NCBI GenBank assembly: GCA_021787855.1
Contig: JAJYLI010000001.1
Location: forward strand, 3,274-67,273
Origin: a bacterium
GTDB lineage: Bacteria; Gemmatimonadota; Gemmatimonadetes; Gemmatimonadales; JACORV01
Reading direction: 5' to 3'
Length of the DNA stretch: 64,000 nucleotides
Both the position numbers and the translations under genes were made by a program. Numbering within the stretch: position 1 is the first letter of the stretch; each line of letters starts with the position of its first letter. The notes beneath the pieces were generated by a model. It did no database searches. It was not told the DNA's origin and saw only the letters and a list, made by a program, of their open reading frames with translations. Shown here piece by piece: positions 36,212-46,266 of the stretch.

Positions 36212-36726
36212 GGGGCTCCTGGTTTGAGCAGCCGGGCCAGCGCTGCGCCGAAGGCGGCCGCGGCTTCCGGCCCGCTGGCGGTGACGATCGTGCCGTCGCG
36301 CACCACGGGATCGCGTACGTAGACGGCGCCGCCGCGCCTCAACTCCGCGATCGCGCGGTCAGTAGGAAAGGTGGTGGCGCGCCGGCCCGCAAGGACCCCC
36401 GCGCGCGCCAGCACGGGGGGCGCAAGACAGATGGCGGCCACCGGCTTCCCCGCGCGATGCGCCGCGCGGACCAGCGAGGCCAGTGGAGCGCTGTCCCACA
36501 GGTGCGCCGGCGCGCCCGACCCGCCGGCGAGCGCCACGGCGTCGTACCGGGCGGGATCCGCCTGCCGCACGGTGCAGGCGACGGCGACCCGCGCGCCGCG
36601 CATCCCCGTGGCCACGCCGGGCCGGGTCGAGGCCACCGTCACGCGCACGCCCTGCGCCTCGAGCACTCGCCGGGGCTCCTCCAGCTCCTCGTCGCGGAAT
36701 CGTTCGGGGGCTACGACGTACAACAC
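36208..36726 (-). CDS. DJ-1/PfpI family protein (second paralogue in the window)
   Basis: KPVAAICLAPPVLARAGVL nucleophile elbow. Size is 172 aa. Overlaps the ABC ATPase start by 4 nt. Confidence 0.75.
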   Translation of the reverse strand: MLYVVAPERFRDEELEEPRRVLEAQGVRVTVASTRPGVATGMRGARVAVACTVRQADPARYDAVALAGGSGAPAHLWDSAPLASLVRAAHRAGKPVAAICLAPPVLARAGVLAGRRATTFPTDRAIAELRRGGAVYVRDPVVRDGTIVTASGPEAAAAFGAALARLLKPGAP

Positions 36727-36795
36727 CGTGGGTGGAACGCGCGCCTCCGAGCCGATGCCCGAGAGAGAATAACAGGCGCGCCGGGCGGCGGCGAA

Positions 36796-37242
36796 CTACG
36801 GATGGTCCCTGGTGCTCTCCTCGAGGGCGCTCCAGCCCAGGAGCGCGCACTTCACCCGCACGGGAAACCGGGCGACGCCCGCCAGAGCCCGCGCCTCGCC
36901 CAGCGCGCGGTCGTGCGCGGCGTCGGCCGATCCGCGCATCATCTCGCTGAACCGCGCGGCGAGCCGCCGCGCCTCGTCCAGCGTCTTCCCCTTGATCAGT
37001 TGCGTCATCATCGAGGCGGACGCCTGACTGATGGAGCAGCCGTGACCCGAGAACCGCACGTCGCGGATCGTCCCGCCCTCAAGGAGCAGATCCAGCTCCA
37101 GCTCGTCGCCGCAGGTCGGGTTGGCCAGCGCGACCCGGCTGGTATGCGCCTCGAGGCTGCCCTGGTTCCGCGGCCGACGATAGTGGTCCAGGATCAGTTC
37201 CTGGTACAGCTCGGCCAGGCCGTCGCCCTCGGCCTCAGGCAC
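36796..37242 (-). CDS. sufU: Fe-S cluster assembly scaffold/sulfur acceptor SufU (NifU N-terminal-like)
   Basis: LYQELILDHYRRPRN, NPTCGDELEL, GHGCSISQASASMM and VKCALL. Confidence 0.9.
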   Translation of the reverse strand: MPEAEGDGLAELYQELILDHYRRPRNQGSLEAHTSRVALANPTCGDELELDLLLEGGTIRDVRFSGHGCSISQASASMMTQLIKGKTLDEARRLAARFSEMMRGSADAAHDRALGEARALAGVARFPVRVKCALLGWSALEESTRDHP

Positions 37243-38452
37243 GCGCGTACCCGAACAGCGCCCGCGCCTTCTCGAGCGCCCCCGCCAGCGCGTCCACGTC
37301 CTCGCGCGTGTTGTACACGTAGAAGCTCGCCCGCGCCGTGGCGGGCACGTCCAGGCGGCGCATCAGCGGCTGCGCGCAGTGGTGCCCGGCGCGAATCGCG
37401 ACCCCTTCGCTGTCCACGATGGTCGCCAAATCGTGCGGGTGGATGTCGGCCAGCGTGAACGACACCACGCCCGCCCGCTCCTCGGGTCCGTACAGCCGCA
37501 GGCCTTCGATCGCCGCCAGCCGCTCGCGCGCGTAGCCGGTGAGCGCGCGCTCGTGCGCCGCCACCTCCGCCATGCCGAGCGCGCCCAGGTAGGCGATCGC
37601 CGCCTTGAGCCCGACGGCCCCCGCCACGTTGGGCGTGCCGGCCTCGAACTTGTGCGGAATCGGCGCATAGGTCGCCGTGGTGTCCTGCACCGTCCGGATC
37701 ATCTCGCCGCCGCCGTGGTAGGGCGGCATGGCATCGAGCAGCTCCGGCGTTCCGACCAGCACGCCGACGCCCATCGGGCCGAGCATCTTGTGGCCGGAGA
37801 AGGCGTACAGGTCCGCGCCCAGCTCCGCGACGTTCACCGCCAGGTGCGGCACGGCCTGCGCTCCATCCACCACCACCACGGCCCCCGCCTCGTGCGCCAA
37901 TCGCGCCAGCTCCGCCACCGGATTGATCGTGCCGAGCACGTTGGAGACGTGGGTGAAGGCTACGATCTTCGGCCGCCGCTCCAGCGCGCGCCGGTAGCCG
38001 TCCACGTCCAGCTCGCCCTGCGGCGTCAGCTCCACCATCTCCAGCCGCGCCGCCCGCTCCTGGGCCAGCAGCTGCCACGGGATGAGGTTCGAGTGATGCT
38101 CCATCGCGGTGACCACGATGCCGTCGCCGGCGCGCACCTTCAAACGCCCCAGGGACGAGGCCGCGAGATTCAGCGCTTCCGTCGTGCCGCGCACGAACAC
38201 CACGCCCCGCGGGTCCGGCGCGCCGACAAACGCCGCCACCGCCGCCCGCGCGTCTTCGTAGGCCTCCGTCGCCCGTACCGCGAGGTCGTACGCGCCGCGG
38301 TGCACGTTGGCGTTGAGCCGCCGGTAGTAATCCGCCACGGCCTCGATCACCTGACGCGGCTTCTGGGTGGTCGCGGCCGAGTCCAGATAGACCAGCCGGC
38401 GGCCGTGGACCGGCTCGCCGAGGATGGGGAAGTCGGCGCGCGGGTCGCGCAC
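37235..38452 (-). CDS. sufS: Cysteine desulfurase SufS (class II aminotransferase V)
   Basis: YLDSAATTQKP, NANVHRG, FSGHKMLGPMGVGVL (PLP Lys) and RAGHHCAQPL (active-site Cys). Confidence 0.95.
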   Translation of the reverse strand: MRDPRADFPILGEPVHGRRLVYLDSAATTQKPRQVIEAVADYYRRLNANVHRGAYDLAVRATEAYEDARAAVAAFVGAPDPRGVVFVRGTTEALNLAASSLGRLKVRAGDGIVVTAMEHHSNLIPWQLLAQERAARLEMVELTPQGELDVDGYRRALERRPKIVAFTHVSNVLGTINPVAELARLAHEAGAVVVVDGAQAVPHLAVNVAELGADLYAFSGHKMLGPMGVGVLVGTPELLDAMPPYHGGGEMIRTVQDTTATYAPIPHKFEAGTPNVAGAVGLKAAIAYLGALGMAEVAAHERALTGYARERLAAIEGLRLYGPEERAGVVSFTLADIHPHDLATIVDSEGVAIRAGHHCAQPLMRRLDVPATARASFYVYNTREDVDALAGALEKARALFGYARA

Positions 38453-38496
38453 TCAGCCGCCGGTCCGTCGGGGCGCGGCGCGGCGCGCGGCGCTGA

Positions 38497-39870
38497 TCAC
38501 AAATCTGCTCTCAGGTGCGCGGCGGCGGCGAGCCGCGCGCGCACCACCGCGTCCAGCTCGGCCCTGAGGCCCGGGTGCGCCACCCGGCCCAGGATCTCGG
38601 CGCCGAAGCCGTAGGTCAGCAGCGCGCGCGCGTCGCCCGGCGCGAGGCCGCGGCTCTGCAGGTAGAACAGCTCCCGGGCGTCGAGCGGGCCGAGGGTCGC
38701 CCCGTGGGTGCACTTGACGTCGTCGGCGTAGATCTCGAGCTGCGGCTGGCTGTCGGCCCGGGCTTCCTCCGACAGCACCAGGTTGTGGTTGGTCTGCTTG
38801 GAGTCCGTGCGCTGCGCGCCCGGCCGCACGATGATGCGGCCGTTGAACACGCCGCGGGCGCGGCCGTCCAGCACCCCGTTCATGAATTCGTGGCTCTGGC
38901 AGTCCGGCTGCGCGTGATCAATGACCGTGTGATGGTCCGCGTGCTGCGCCCCGCCGAGCAGGTAGAGACCGTTGAGGATCAGGCTCGCGCCCGGGCCGTC
39001 CAGCACCGCCGTGATGTCGTGCCGCGCCAGGCGCGCCCCCAGCACGATGGGGTGCAGCAGGAGCTCGCTGTCGCGCCCCTGCCGCGTGTGGGTGGTGGCC
39101 ACGTGCCAGGCGGCCGCCCCCTCGTCCTGGACGCGGACCAGCTCGAGCCGCGCGCCGTCCCCGACGACGACCTCCGTCACTTCGTTGGTCCAGTACGGGG
39201 CGGACGCCCCGCCCTGGAACCGCTCGACCAGCGTGGCCCGCGCGTCCTGGTCCAGGATCACCAGCGCCCGCGGGTGCGCCACGGCAGCCGCCGTCCCCGG
39301 CACGGTGACGAACAGCAACTCCAGCGGGCGCTCCAGCGCGAGGCCGGGCGGCACGTGCACGAACGCGCCGTCGGCGAGGAACGCGGTGTTGAGCGCCGCG
39401 AACGCGTTGTCGGCGAATCCGGCATGCCGCGCCAGATGCTGCTCGACCAGGTGCGCGTCGCCGCCGCCCCCCCCCAGGGCCGCGGGCAGGCCGCCCACCC
39501 GCACGCCCGCAGGCAGCCCACCCAGCGAGGAGATCTCGGGCGCGAACCGCCCGTTGACGAACACCAGCCGCGCGGCCCCCTCCCGCTCCGCCAGCGCCGG
39601 CGCGGCCGCTCCCGCGGGGGGCGGCGCCGGCACGAAGGCCGTCTCCGCCAGGGGCGCCACGCTGGTGAAGCGCCACGCCTCCTCCCGGGTCGTCGGAAAC
39701 CCCAGCTCGGCGAACCGCGCGATCGCGGCGGCGCGCAGCGAGCGCAGCCACGCCGGCGAACGCCCGGCACCGTTCGCCGCGAACGCCTCGAACTGCGCGA
39801 GAAAGCGCTCCACCGCCTCCGGCGGCCGGCCCGTAGTGCGGCCGGCCTCCCCGCCCCCGCCCGCTCCCAC
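38497..39870 (-). CDS. sufD: Fe-S cluster assembly protein SufD
   Basis: The C-terminal beta-helix region reads QTNHNLVLSEEARADSQPQLEIYADDVKCTHGATLGPLD...LFYLQSRGL. Its position between sufC and sufS supports the call. GTG start. Confidence 0.9.
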   Translation of the reverse strand: MGAGGGGEAGRTTGRPPEAVERFLAQFEAFAANGAGRSPAWLRSLRAAAIARFAELGFPTTREEAWRFTSVAPLAETAFVPAPPPAGAAAPALAEREGAARLVFVNGRFAPEISSLGGLPAGVRVGGLPAALGGGGGDAHLVEQHLARHAGFADNAFAALNTAFLADGAFVHVPPGLALERPLELLFVTVPGTAAAVAHPRALVILDQDARATLVERFQGGASAPYWTNEVTEVVVGDGARLELVRVQDEGAAAWHVATTHTRQGRDSELLLHPIVLGARLARHDITAVLDGPGASLILNGLYLLGGAQHADHHTVIDHAQPDCQSHEFMNGVLDGRARGVFNGRIIVRPGAQRTDSKQTNHNLVLSEEARADSQPQLEIYADDVKCTHGATLGPLDARELFYLQSRGLAPGDARALLTYGFGAEILGRVAHPGLRAELDAVVRARLAAAAHLRADL

Positions 39871-39878
39871 CCCGGCCG

Positions 39879-40666
<788 letters not shown>

Positions 40667-40670
<4 letters not shown>

Positions 40671-42100
40671 CCGACGCTCCCCTCGAGGCTGATCCCCAGC
40701 AGCCGCTGCGCCTCCACCGCGAACTCCATCGGCAGCTCGCGGAACACCTCCTTGCAGAACCCGTTCACGATCATGCTGGTCGCATCCTCGGCCGACAGCC
40801 CGCGCTGCCGGCAGTAGAAGATCTGGTCCTCGCCGATCTTCGACGTGGACGCCTCGTGCTCCATGATGGCCGTGCTGTTGCGCACGTCAATGTACGGGAA
40901 GGTGTGCGCCCCGCACTTCTCCCCGATGAGCATCGAATCGCACTGCGAGTAGTTCCGCGCCCCCGTCGCCCCCTTGAGGATCTTCACCAGCCCCCGGTAG
41001 GTGTTCTGGCCCTGGCCCGCCGAGATCCCCTTCGAGACGATGGTGCTCCGGGTGTTCTTCCCCAGGTGGATCATCTTGGTGCCGGTGTCCGCCTGCTGGC
41101 GGTGGTTCGTCACCGCCACCGAGTAGAACTCCCCCACCGAGTTGTCCCCCTGCAGAATGCACCCGGGGTACTTCCAGGTGATGGCCGACCCGGTCTCCAC
41201 CTGCGTCCACGAGATCTTGGCGTTGCGTCCCGCGCACTTCCCCCGCTTGGTCACGAAATTGTAGATCCCGCCCCGCCCCTGCTCGTCCCCCGGGTACCAG
41301 TTCTGCACCGTCGAGTACTTGATCTGCGCGTCGTCCAGCGCGACCAGCTCCACCACCGCCGCGTGCAGCTGGTTGGCGTCCCGCATCGGCGCCGAGCACC
41401 CCTCGAGGTAACTGACGTAGCTCCCCTCGTCCGCGATGATCAGGGTCCGCTCGAACTGCCCCGACGCCGCCGCGTTGATGCGGAAGTAGGTCGAGAGCTC
41501 CAGCGGGCAGCGCACCCCCTTGGGGATGTACGCGAACGAGCCGTCGCTGAACACCGCCGAGTTCAGCGCCGCGAAGTAGTTGTCGTTGTACGGCACCACC
41601 GAGCCCAGCCAGCGCTCGACCAGCTCCGGGTGCTCGCGCACCGCCTCCGAGAACGAGCCGAAGATGATCCCCTGTTGCGCCAGCGTCTCCTTGAACGTGG
41701 TCGCCACCGACACGCTGTCGAACACCGCGTCCACCGCCACCCCCGCCAGCCGCTTCTGCTCCGCCAGCGGGATCCCCAGCTTCTCGAAGGTCTCCAGCAG
41801 CTTCGGGTCCACCTGGGCCAGGCTGTCCTTCGGCTTGGCCTGCTTCGGCGCCGCGTAGTAGACGATGGACTGGTAGTCAATCGGCGGGTACTTCACGTTC
41901 GCCCACGTCGGCTCGCGCATCGTCACCCACTGCCGGTACGCCTTGAGCCGCCACTCCAGCATGAACGCCGGCTCCCCCTTCTTGGCCGAGATCAGCCGGA
42001 TGACGTCCTCGTTCAACCCGGGCGGCACCTCATCCGATTCGATGTCGGTGACGAACCCGTACTTGTACGGCTGCAGGACCTGCGCCTCGATGCTCGTCAT
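40667..42100 (-). CDS. sufB: Fe-S cluster assembly protein SufB
   Basis: [16 protein letters not shown]... and the SufB core: [31 protein letters not shown]. Start at ATG 42100 overlaps the sufR stop (ATGA). The ORF-track extension to 42847 is a shadow of sufR. Confidence 0.95.
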
Positions 42101-42795
42101 GTCAGCTCCCGCGGCGATTCGTCGCTCGCGCTCCGCTCGCCCGCCCCACCCAGGTCGCCCGGCGTGACCGAATACTCGCACGCGTTCGAGCCCTCGGTGA
42201 TGTGGGTGCGGCGCTCCACCTGGGCCGCCAGCACCTCGGTCAGGAACCGCCGCTCCGCCGCGCACACCTCGGGGTAGCGCTCCGCCACCGCGCGGATCGC
42301 GCAGTTGTGCTCCGCCAGCCGGATGCTGCCGTCCCGGCTGTCCCACTCCGCCATGTACCCTTCCTCCGACAACAGCCGCACCAGCCGCTGCAGCCGCACC
42401 TCCACCGGCTGGTCCGCCAGCTCGACCTTGAGCTGCGCGGCACGCTCCCGGAACTGCCGCAGGAACACCCGGCTCACCTCCCCGCGCCCCGCGCGCTCCT
42501 CGATGTGCTGCAACAGCACCTTCAGCGCCTCCTCGTAGCGGTTGGGGAACAGCGCCTCGCCGCGGGCCGTGAGCCGGTAGGCATTCGCTGGAGCCCCCAG
42601 GCCGCGCTGCTGCCGCCCGTACGCCACGGAGCCGTCCAACTCCAGCTCCTTGAGGTGCCGCCGGACCGCGTTCGCCGACACCCCGAACGCCTCGCCAAGC
42701 TCTCTGGCTGTAACGGGTTGCGATCGCTTGATGTGGACCAGGATCTGGCCGCGTAGCCCGCGGTGCCCGGCGATGCCCTGCGTGGAGTCCGTCAT
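42097..42795 (-). CDS. sufR: SufR-like HTH transcriptional regulator with a C-terminal Cys cluster
   Basis: Winged-helix [44 protein letters not shown]-terminal Cys residues: [20 protein letters not shown]...SNACEY. Lies directly upstream of sufB. Start trimmed to MTDSTQG (ATG 42795). Confidence 0.75.
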   Translation of the reverse strand: MTDSTQGIAGHRGLRGQILVHIKRSQPVTARELGEAFGVSANAVRRHLKELELDGSVAYGRQQRGLGAPANAYRLTARGEALFPNRYEEALKVLLQHIEERAGRGEVSRVFLRQFRERAAQLKVELADQPVEVRLQRLVRLLSEEGYMAEWDSRDGSIRLAEHNCAIRAVAERYPEVCAAERRFLTEVLAAQVERRTHITEGSNACEYSVTPGDLGGAGERSASDESPRELT

Positions 42796-42815
42796 GCGGT
42801 CTTTCCCCAGTTCGC

Positions 42816-42829
42816 CAATACTTATGTTG
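42816..42829. promoter_or_regulatory. CAAT-N6-GTTG imperfect palindrome upstream of sufR; candidate SufR operator
   Basis: Read from the sequence, in an AT-richer patch 21-34 nt upstream of the sufR ATG. It differs by one base from the CAAC-N6-GTTG repeat that I recall being reported for cyanobacterial SufR. Confidence 0.35.
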
Positions 42830-43015
42830 ACGAAAGAACCTAACCACAAGAGGCGGGAATCGGAATGGGCCGGCCCCCTGAACGGGGAGGCCCTGACGCG
42901 ATCACGTGGGGAGGGGATGGAGTGATGGGGCGACGAGGTGAGCCCGGCGCAGCCGCGTGGCGCCCGCGGCCCGATCCTACAAGTCCGATCGAAAGCGCGC
43001 TACATTGGCGGGCCG

Positions 43016-43660
43016 ATGTTCCTGCTGACGCCCTTCCTGCTCGGCATCGCCGTGGGCGCGTTGTACTGCGCCCCCGTCGGTCCGGTGAACCTCGAGATCA
43101 TGCGTCGCGGTCTGACGATCGGTTTCCTGGCGGCGTTCCTGGTCGCGCTGGGGGCGGTGATCGGCGACGCGTTCTGGGCGGCGGTGGGCATCCTGGGCTC
43201 GAGCCTGGTGACGGAGTTCGTGGTGCTCCGCGCGGGGATCGGCTTCGTCGGGGTCCTGATCCTCCTGTTCGTGGCCTGGAACGCCTACCGGGCGTCGAAG
43301 CAGGATCCCGACCTCCATTTGGGCGAGCCGCCGCGCAAGCGGGTCGGTTTCGTCGTCGGCGCGGCGCTTTCGATGGCCAATCCCTTCGCGGTGCTGTTCT
43401 GGCTGTGGCTCGCGGCGTCGGGCGCCATGGCCAGCGTGGGCGTGGATCCGAGCCATCACGTGGCCCGGGTGTGGTTCTTCCTCGGGCTGGTGGCGGGCGC
43501 GATCCTCTACGGGCTGGCGCTCTCGGCCCTGGTCGCCCGGACCCGGCGGTTCGTTTCCGCGCACGTCATGCGGAAGATCAACCTCGGCGCCGCCGTCGGG
43601 CTCCTGGCTCTGGCGGTCGTGATGACCGTCCGGGTGCTCCGGATGATCCGCCACCTGTGA
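43016..43660 (+). CDS. LysE/RhtB family amino-acid exporter
   Basis: MFLLTPFLLGIAVGALYCAPVGPVNLEIMRRGL is the typical LysE N-terminus, followed by 5-6 TM segments. Start trimmed from 42938. Confidence 0.8.
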   Translation: MFLLTPFLLGIAVGALYCAPVGPVNLEIMRRGLTIGFLAAFLVALGAVIGDAFWAAVGILGSSLVTEFVVLRAGIGFVGVLILLFVAWNAYRASKQDPDLHLGEPPRKRVGFVVGAALSMANPFAVLFWLWLAASGAMASVGVDPSHHVARVWFFLGLVAGAILYGLALSALVARTRRFVSAHVMRKINLGAAVGLLALAVVMTVRVLRMIRHL

Positions 43661-43664
43661 GCGC

Positions 43665-45194
43665 GTGGCTCTGATGCCGGAGGCGGCCGCGGTGGGGAGC
43701 GGCCCCCTGCTGGCGCTCGAGGCCGTGACCAAGCGGTTCCCGGGCGTGACGGCGCTGGATGCCGTGGATCTGTCCGTGGCCCCGGGGCGGGTGCACGCGC
43801 TGGTGGGGGAGAACGGGGCCGGGAAGTCCACGCTCCTCAAGATCGTGGCCGGCGCGCAGCGGCCGGACGCGGGGAAGCTGTTGCTGGCGGGCCGGGAGGT
43901 GCGGTTCGCCGCCCCGCGCGACGCCCTGAAGGCCGGGGTCACGGTCATGTACCAGGAGCTGTCGCTGGTCCCGCAACTCAGCGCCGAGGCCAACATCTTC
44001 CTGGGCATGGAGCCGGAGCGCCGCGGTGTTCTGGACCGCCGGACCGCCCGCGCGCGAGCCCAAGACGCGCTGCGCGCCCTGGGCGCGGAGTTCGACCCCG
44101 GGATTCTCGCGAGTGATCTGTCGGTCGCCGAGCAGCAGCTGGTCGAGCTGGCCCGAGCGCTGGTGCGCGACGCGCGGCTCATCGCCCTGGACGAGCCGAC
44201 CGCGGCGCTCTCGCAGGTGGAGGCGGGCCGCCTGTTCGAGCAGGTCCGGGGACTGTGCGGACGCGGCATCGCGGTGATCTTCGTGTCGCACCGGCTGGAA
44301 GAGGTGCGGCGGATCGCCGAGGACGTCACCGTGTTGCGCGACGGGCGCCGGGTGTTCAGCAGTCGGATCGCCGCGGTGAGCGATGCGGAGCTGATCCGCC
44401 ACATGGTGGGCCGCGACGTGGAGTACGCCCGGCTGAACGCCGCGGCCGCGCCGGCGGCCGTCCCGCGGCTGGAGGTCCGGGGCCTTACACGGCGCGGGCA
44501 CTTCACCGACGTCTCGCTGGCGCTGCGCCGCGGCGAGATCGTGGGACTGGCGGGCCTGGTGGGCGCGGGACGGACGGAGGTGGCCCGGTGCGTGGCGGGC
44601 GCGGACCGGAGTGACGGCGGCACCATGCTGCTGAGCGGCGCGCCCTACCGGCCCCGGTCGCCGCGGGAGGCGATCCGGCGCGGCGTGGTCTACCTCCCGG
44701 AGGACCGGAAGACCCAGGGCCTGGTGCTGGGCATGAGCGTGCGCGAGAACGTCACGCTCGCGACCCTGGAGCGTTACAGCCGGCGCGGGGTGATTCGCCG
44801 GCGCACCGAGCGCGAGGCGGCGGCGCGCGAGACCGCGGCCGTGGACCTGCGCCCTCCCGAGATCGAGCGGGAGGCCGGGACGCTGTCGGGAGGCAACCAG
44901 CAGAAGGTCGTGCTGGCCAAGTGGCTGCTGGCCGACGCCGACGTGCTCATCTTCGACGAGCCCACCCGCGGAGTGGATGTCGCGACCAAGGTGGACCTGC
45001 ACCGGCAGGTGCGCGCCCTGGCCGACGCCGGCAAGGCGATCCTGGTGATTTCCTCGGAACTCCCCGAGATCCTCGCCCTGGCCGACCGCATCGTGGTGAT
45101 GCGCGAGGGCAGGGTGGCGGGCGCCCTGGAGGCGGCCGGGGCCACGGCCGAGCGGGTACTCGAGCTGGCGCTGCCGGGCGCGCACGCGGCATGA
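43665..45194 (+). CDS. Sugar ABC transporter ATP-binding protein, duplicated ATPase (CUT2/RbsA-like)
   Basis: Two cassettes. First: GENGAGKSTLLKI, LSVAEQQLVELARAL, IALDEPTAAL. Second: GAGRTEVARC, LSGGNQQKVVLAKWL, LIFDEPTRGVDV. Confidence 0.9.
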   Translation: MALMPEAAAVGSGPLLALEAVTKRFPGVTALDAVDLSVAPGRVHALVGENGAGKSTLLKIVAGAQRPDAGKLLLAGREVRFAAPRDALKAGVTVMYQELSLVPQLSAEANIFLGMEPERRGVLDRRTARARAQDALRALGAEFDPGILASDLSVAEQQLVELARALVRDARLIALDEPTAALSQVEAGRLFEQVRGLCGRGIAVIFVSHRLEEVRRIAEDVTVLRDGRRVFSSRIAAVSDAELIRHMVGRDVEYARLNAAAAPAAVPRLEVRGLTRRGHFTDVSLALRRGEIVGLAGLVGAGRTEVARCVAGADRSDGGTMLLSGAPYRPRSPREAIRRGVVYLPEDRKTQGLVLGMSVRENVTLATLERYSRRGVIRRRTEREAAARETAAVDLRPPEIEREAGTLSGGNQQKVVLAKWLLADADVLIFDEPTRGVDVATKVDLHRQVRALADAGKAILVISSELPEILALADRIVVMREGRVAGALEAAGATAERVLELALPGAHAA

Positions 45195-46246
45195 GGGCGC
45201 CCCGGCTGGCGCGCTTCGGCGTCCCGCTGGTGCTGGCGGGGCTGGTGGTGGTATCCGGCATCCTGATTCCCGGGTTCATGTCCCGGTCGAACCTGACCAC
45301 GATCCTGCTGCACGTTTCCATCAACGGCATCATCACGCTCGGGGCGGTCTACGTCATCATCACGGCCGGCATTGACCTGTCGGTCGGGTCCATCGTCGGC
45401 TTCGCCGGCGTCCTTACGGCGGCGACGCTCACCAGCGGCGCGGTGCTGCACCTGTTGGGGCCGGTGGGGGCGGCGGTGCTGGCGGGCGTCGTGGGCGTGG
45501 CGGCGGGCGCGGCGGTCGGTCTGCTGAACGGCGGGGTGGTCGCCTGGCTCGGGGTCGCGCCGTTCATCGTGACGCTCGCCACGATGACCGCGGCGCGGGG
45601 CGCCGCACGCCTCGTCACGGGGGGCATCCCCGTCGGCTACCCGGACCCCAGCGATCCCATGCAAGCGCAGAAGATCGCCGCGCTGAACGCGCTTCACACG
45701 GTGGGCGGCGGGCGCCTCCCGATGCCGGGCCTGCCGACCGGCTTCCCGGTCCCCGCGCTGGTGATGCTGGCGATCGTGGCCCTCGGCGGGTTCGTCCTCG
45801 TGCGTACCCGCTTCGGGCGCCATGTGTACGCCGTGGGCGGCAACGAGGAGGCGTCGCGCCTGTCGGGCGTGGCCGTGGGGCGCGTCAAGCTGGCCACCTA
45901 CGTCATCAGCGGTGCCTGTGCCGGGGTGGCCGCGGTCCTGCTGGTCGGGCAGCTCCGCAGCGGCGGTCCGGACGCCGGCATGCTCTACGAGCTGAACGCG
46001 ATCGCGGCGGCCGTGATCGGCGGCACCTCCCTGTTCGGGGGCATCGGAACGGCGTGGGGGGCGCTGACCGGCGCGCTGCTGATCGGCGTGTTGAACAACG
46101 GCCTCGATCTCCTGGGCGTACCTTCGTTCTGGCAGGAGATCGCCAAGGGCGTCATCATCCTCCTGGCCGTGCTGTTCGACGTGTGGATGAAGAAGGCGGA
46201 CGCGCGCCGGCGGGCGCAGGCGGGCCGCGCCGCGGCGGGAGGGTAG
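45191..46246 (+). CDS. Sugar ABC transporter permease (CUT2/RbsC-like)
   Basis: NLTTILLHVSINGIITLGAVYVIITAGIDLSVGS, then NAIAAAVIGGTSLFGGIGT. ATG 45191 overlaps the ATPase stop (ATGA). The ORF-track start at 44921 is a shadow. Confidence 0.9.
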   Translation: MRAPRLARFGVPLVLAGLVVVSGILIPGFMSRSNLTTILLHVSINGIITLGAVYVIITAGIDLSVGSIVGFAGVLTAATLTSGAVLHLLGPVGAAVLAGVVGVAAGAAVGLLNGGVVAWLGVAPFIVTLATMTAARGAARLVTGGIPVGYPDPSDPMQAQKIAALNALHTVGGGRLPMPGLPTGFPVPALVMLAIVALGGFVLVRTRFGRHVYAVGGNEEASRLSGVAVGRVKLATYVISGACAGVAAVLLVGQLRSGGPDAGMLYELNAIAAAVIGGTSLFGGIGTAWGALTGALLIGVLNNGLDLLGVPSFWQEIAKGVIILLAVLFDVWMKKADARRRAQAGRAAAGG

Positions 46247-46266
46247 GCTTCAGGCGGGGGGGTATC

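Noticed and set aside
39467-39475. Homopolymer tracts considered as phase-variation switches: C9 in sufD, C8 at 8543-8550 in the kinase gene, and G7 at about 29955.
   Set aside because: They encode in-frame Gly/Pro runs in essential or ordinary genes of a GC-rich genome. There is no evidence of frameshifted alleles in this sequence.
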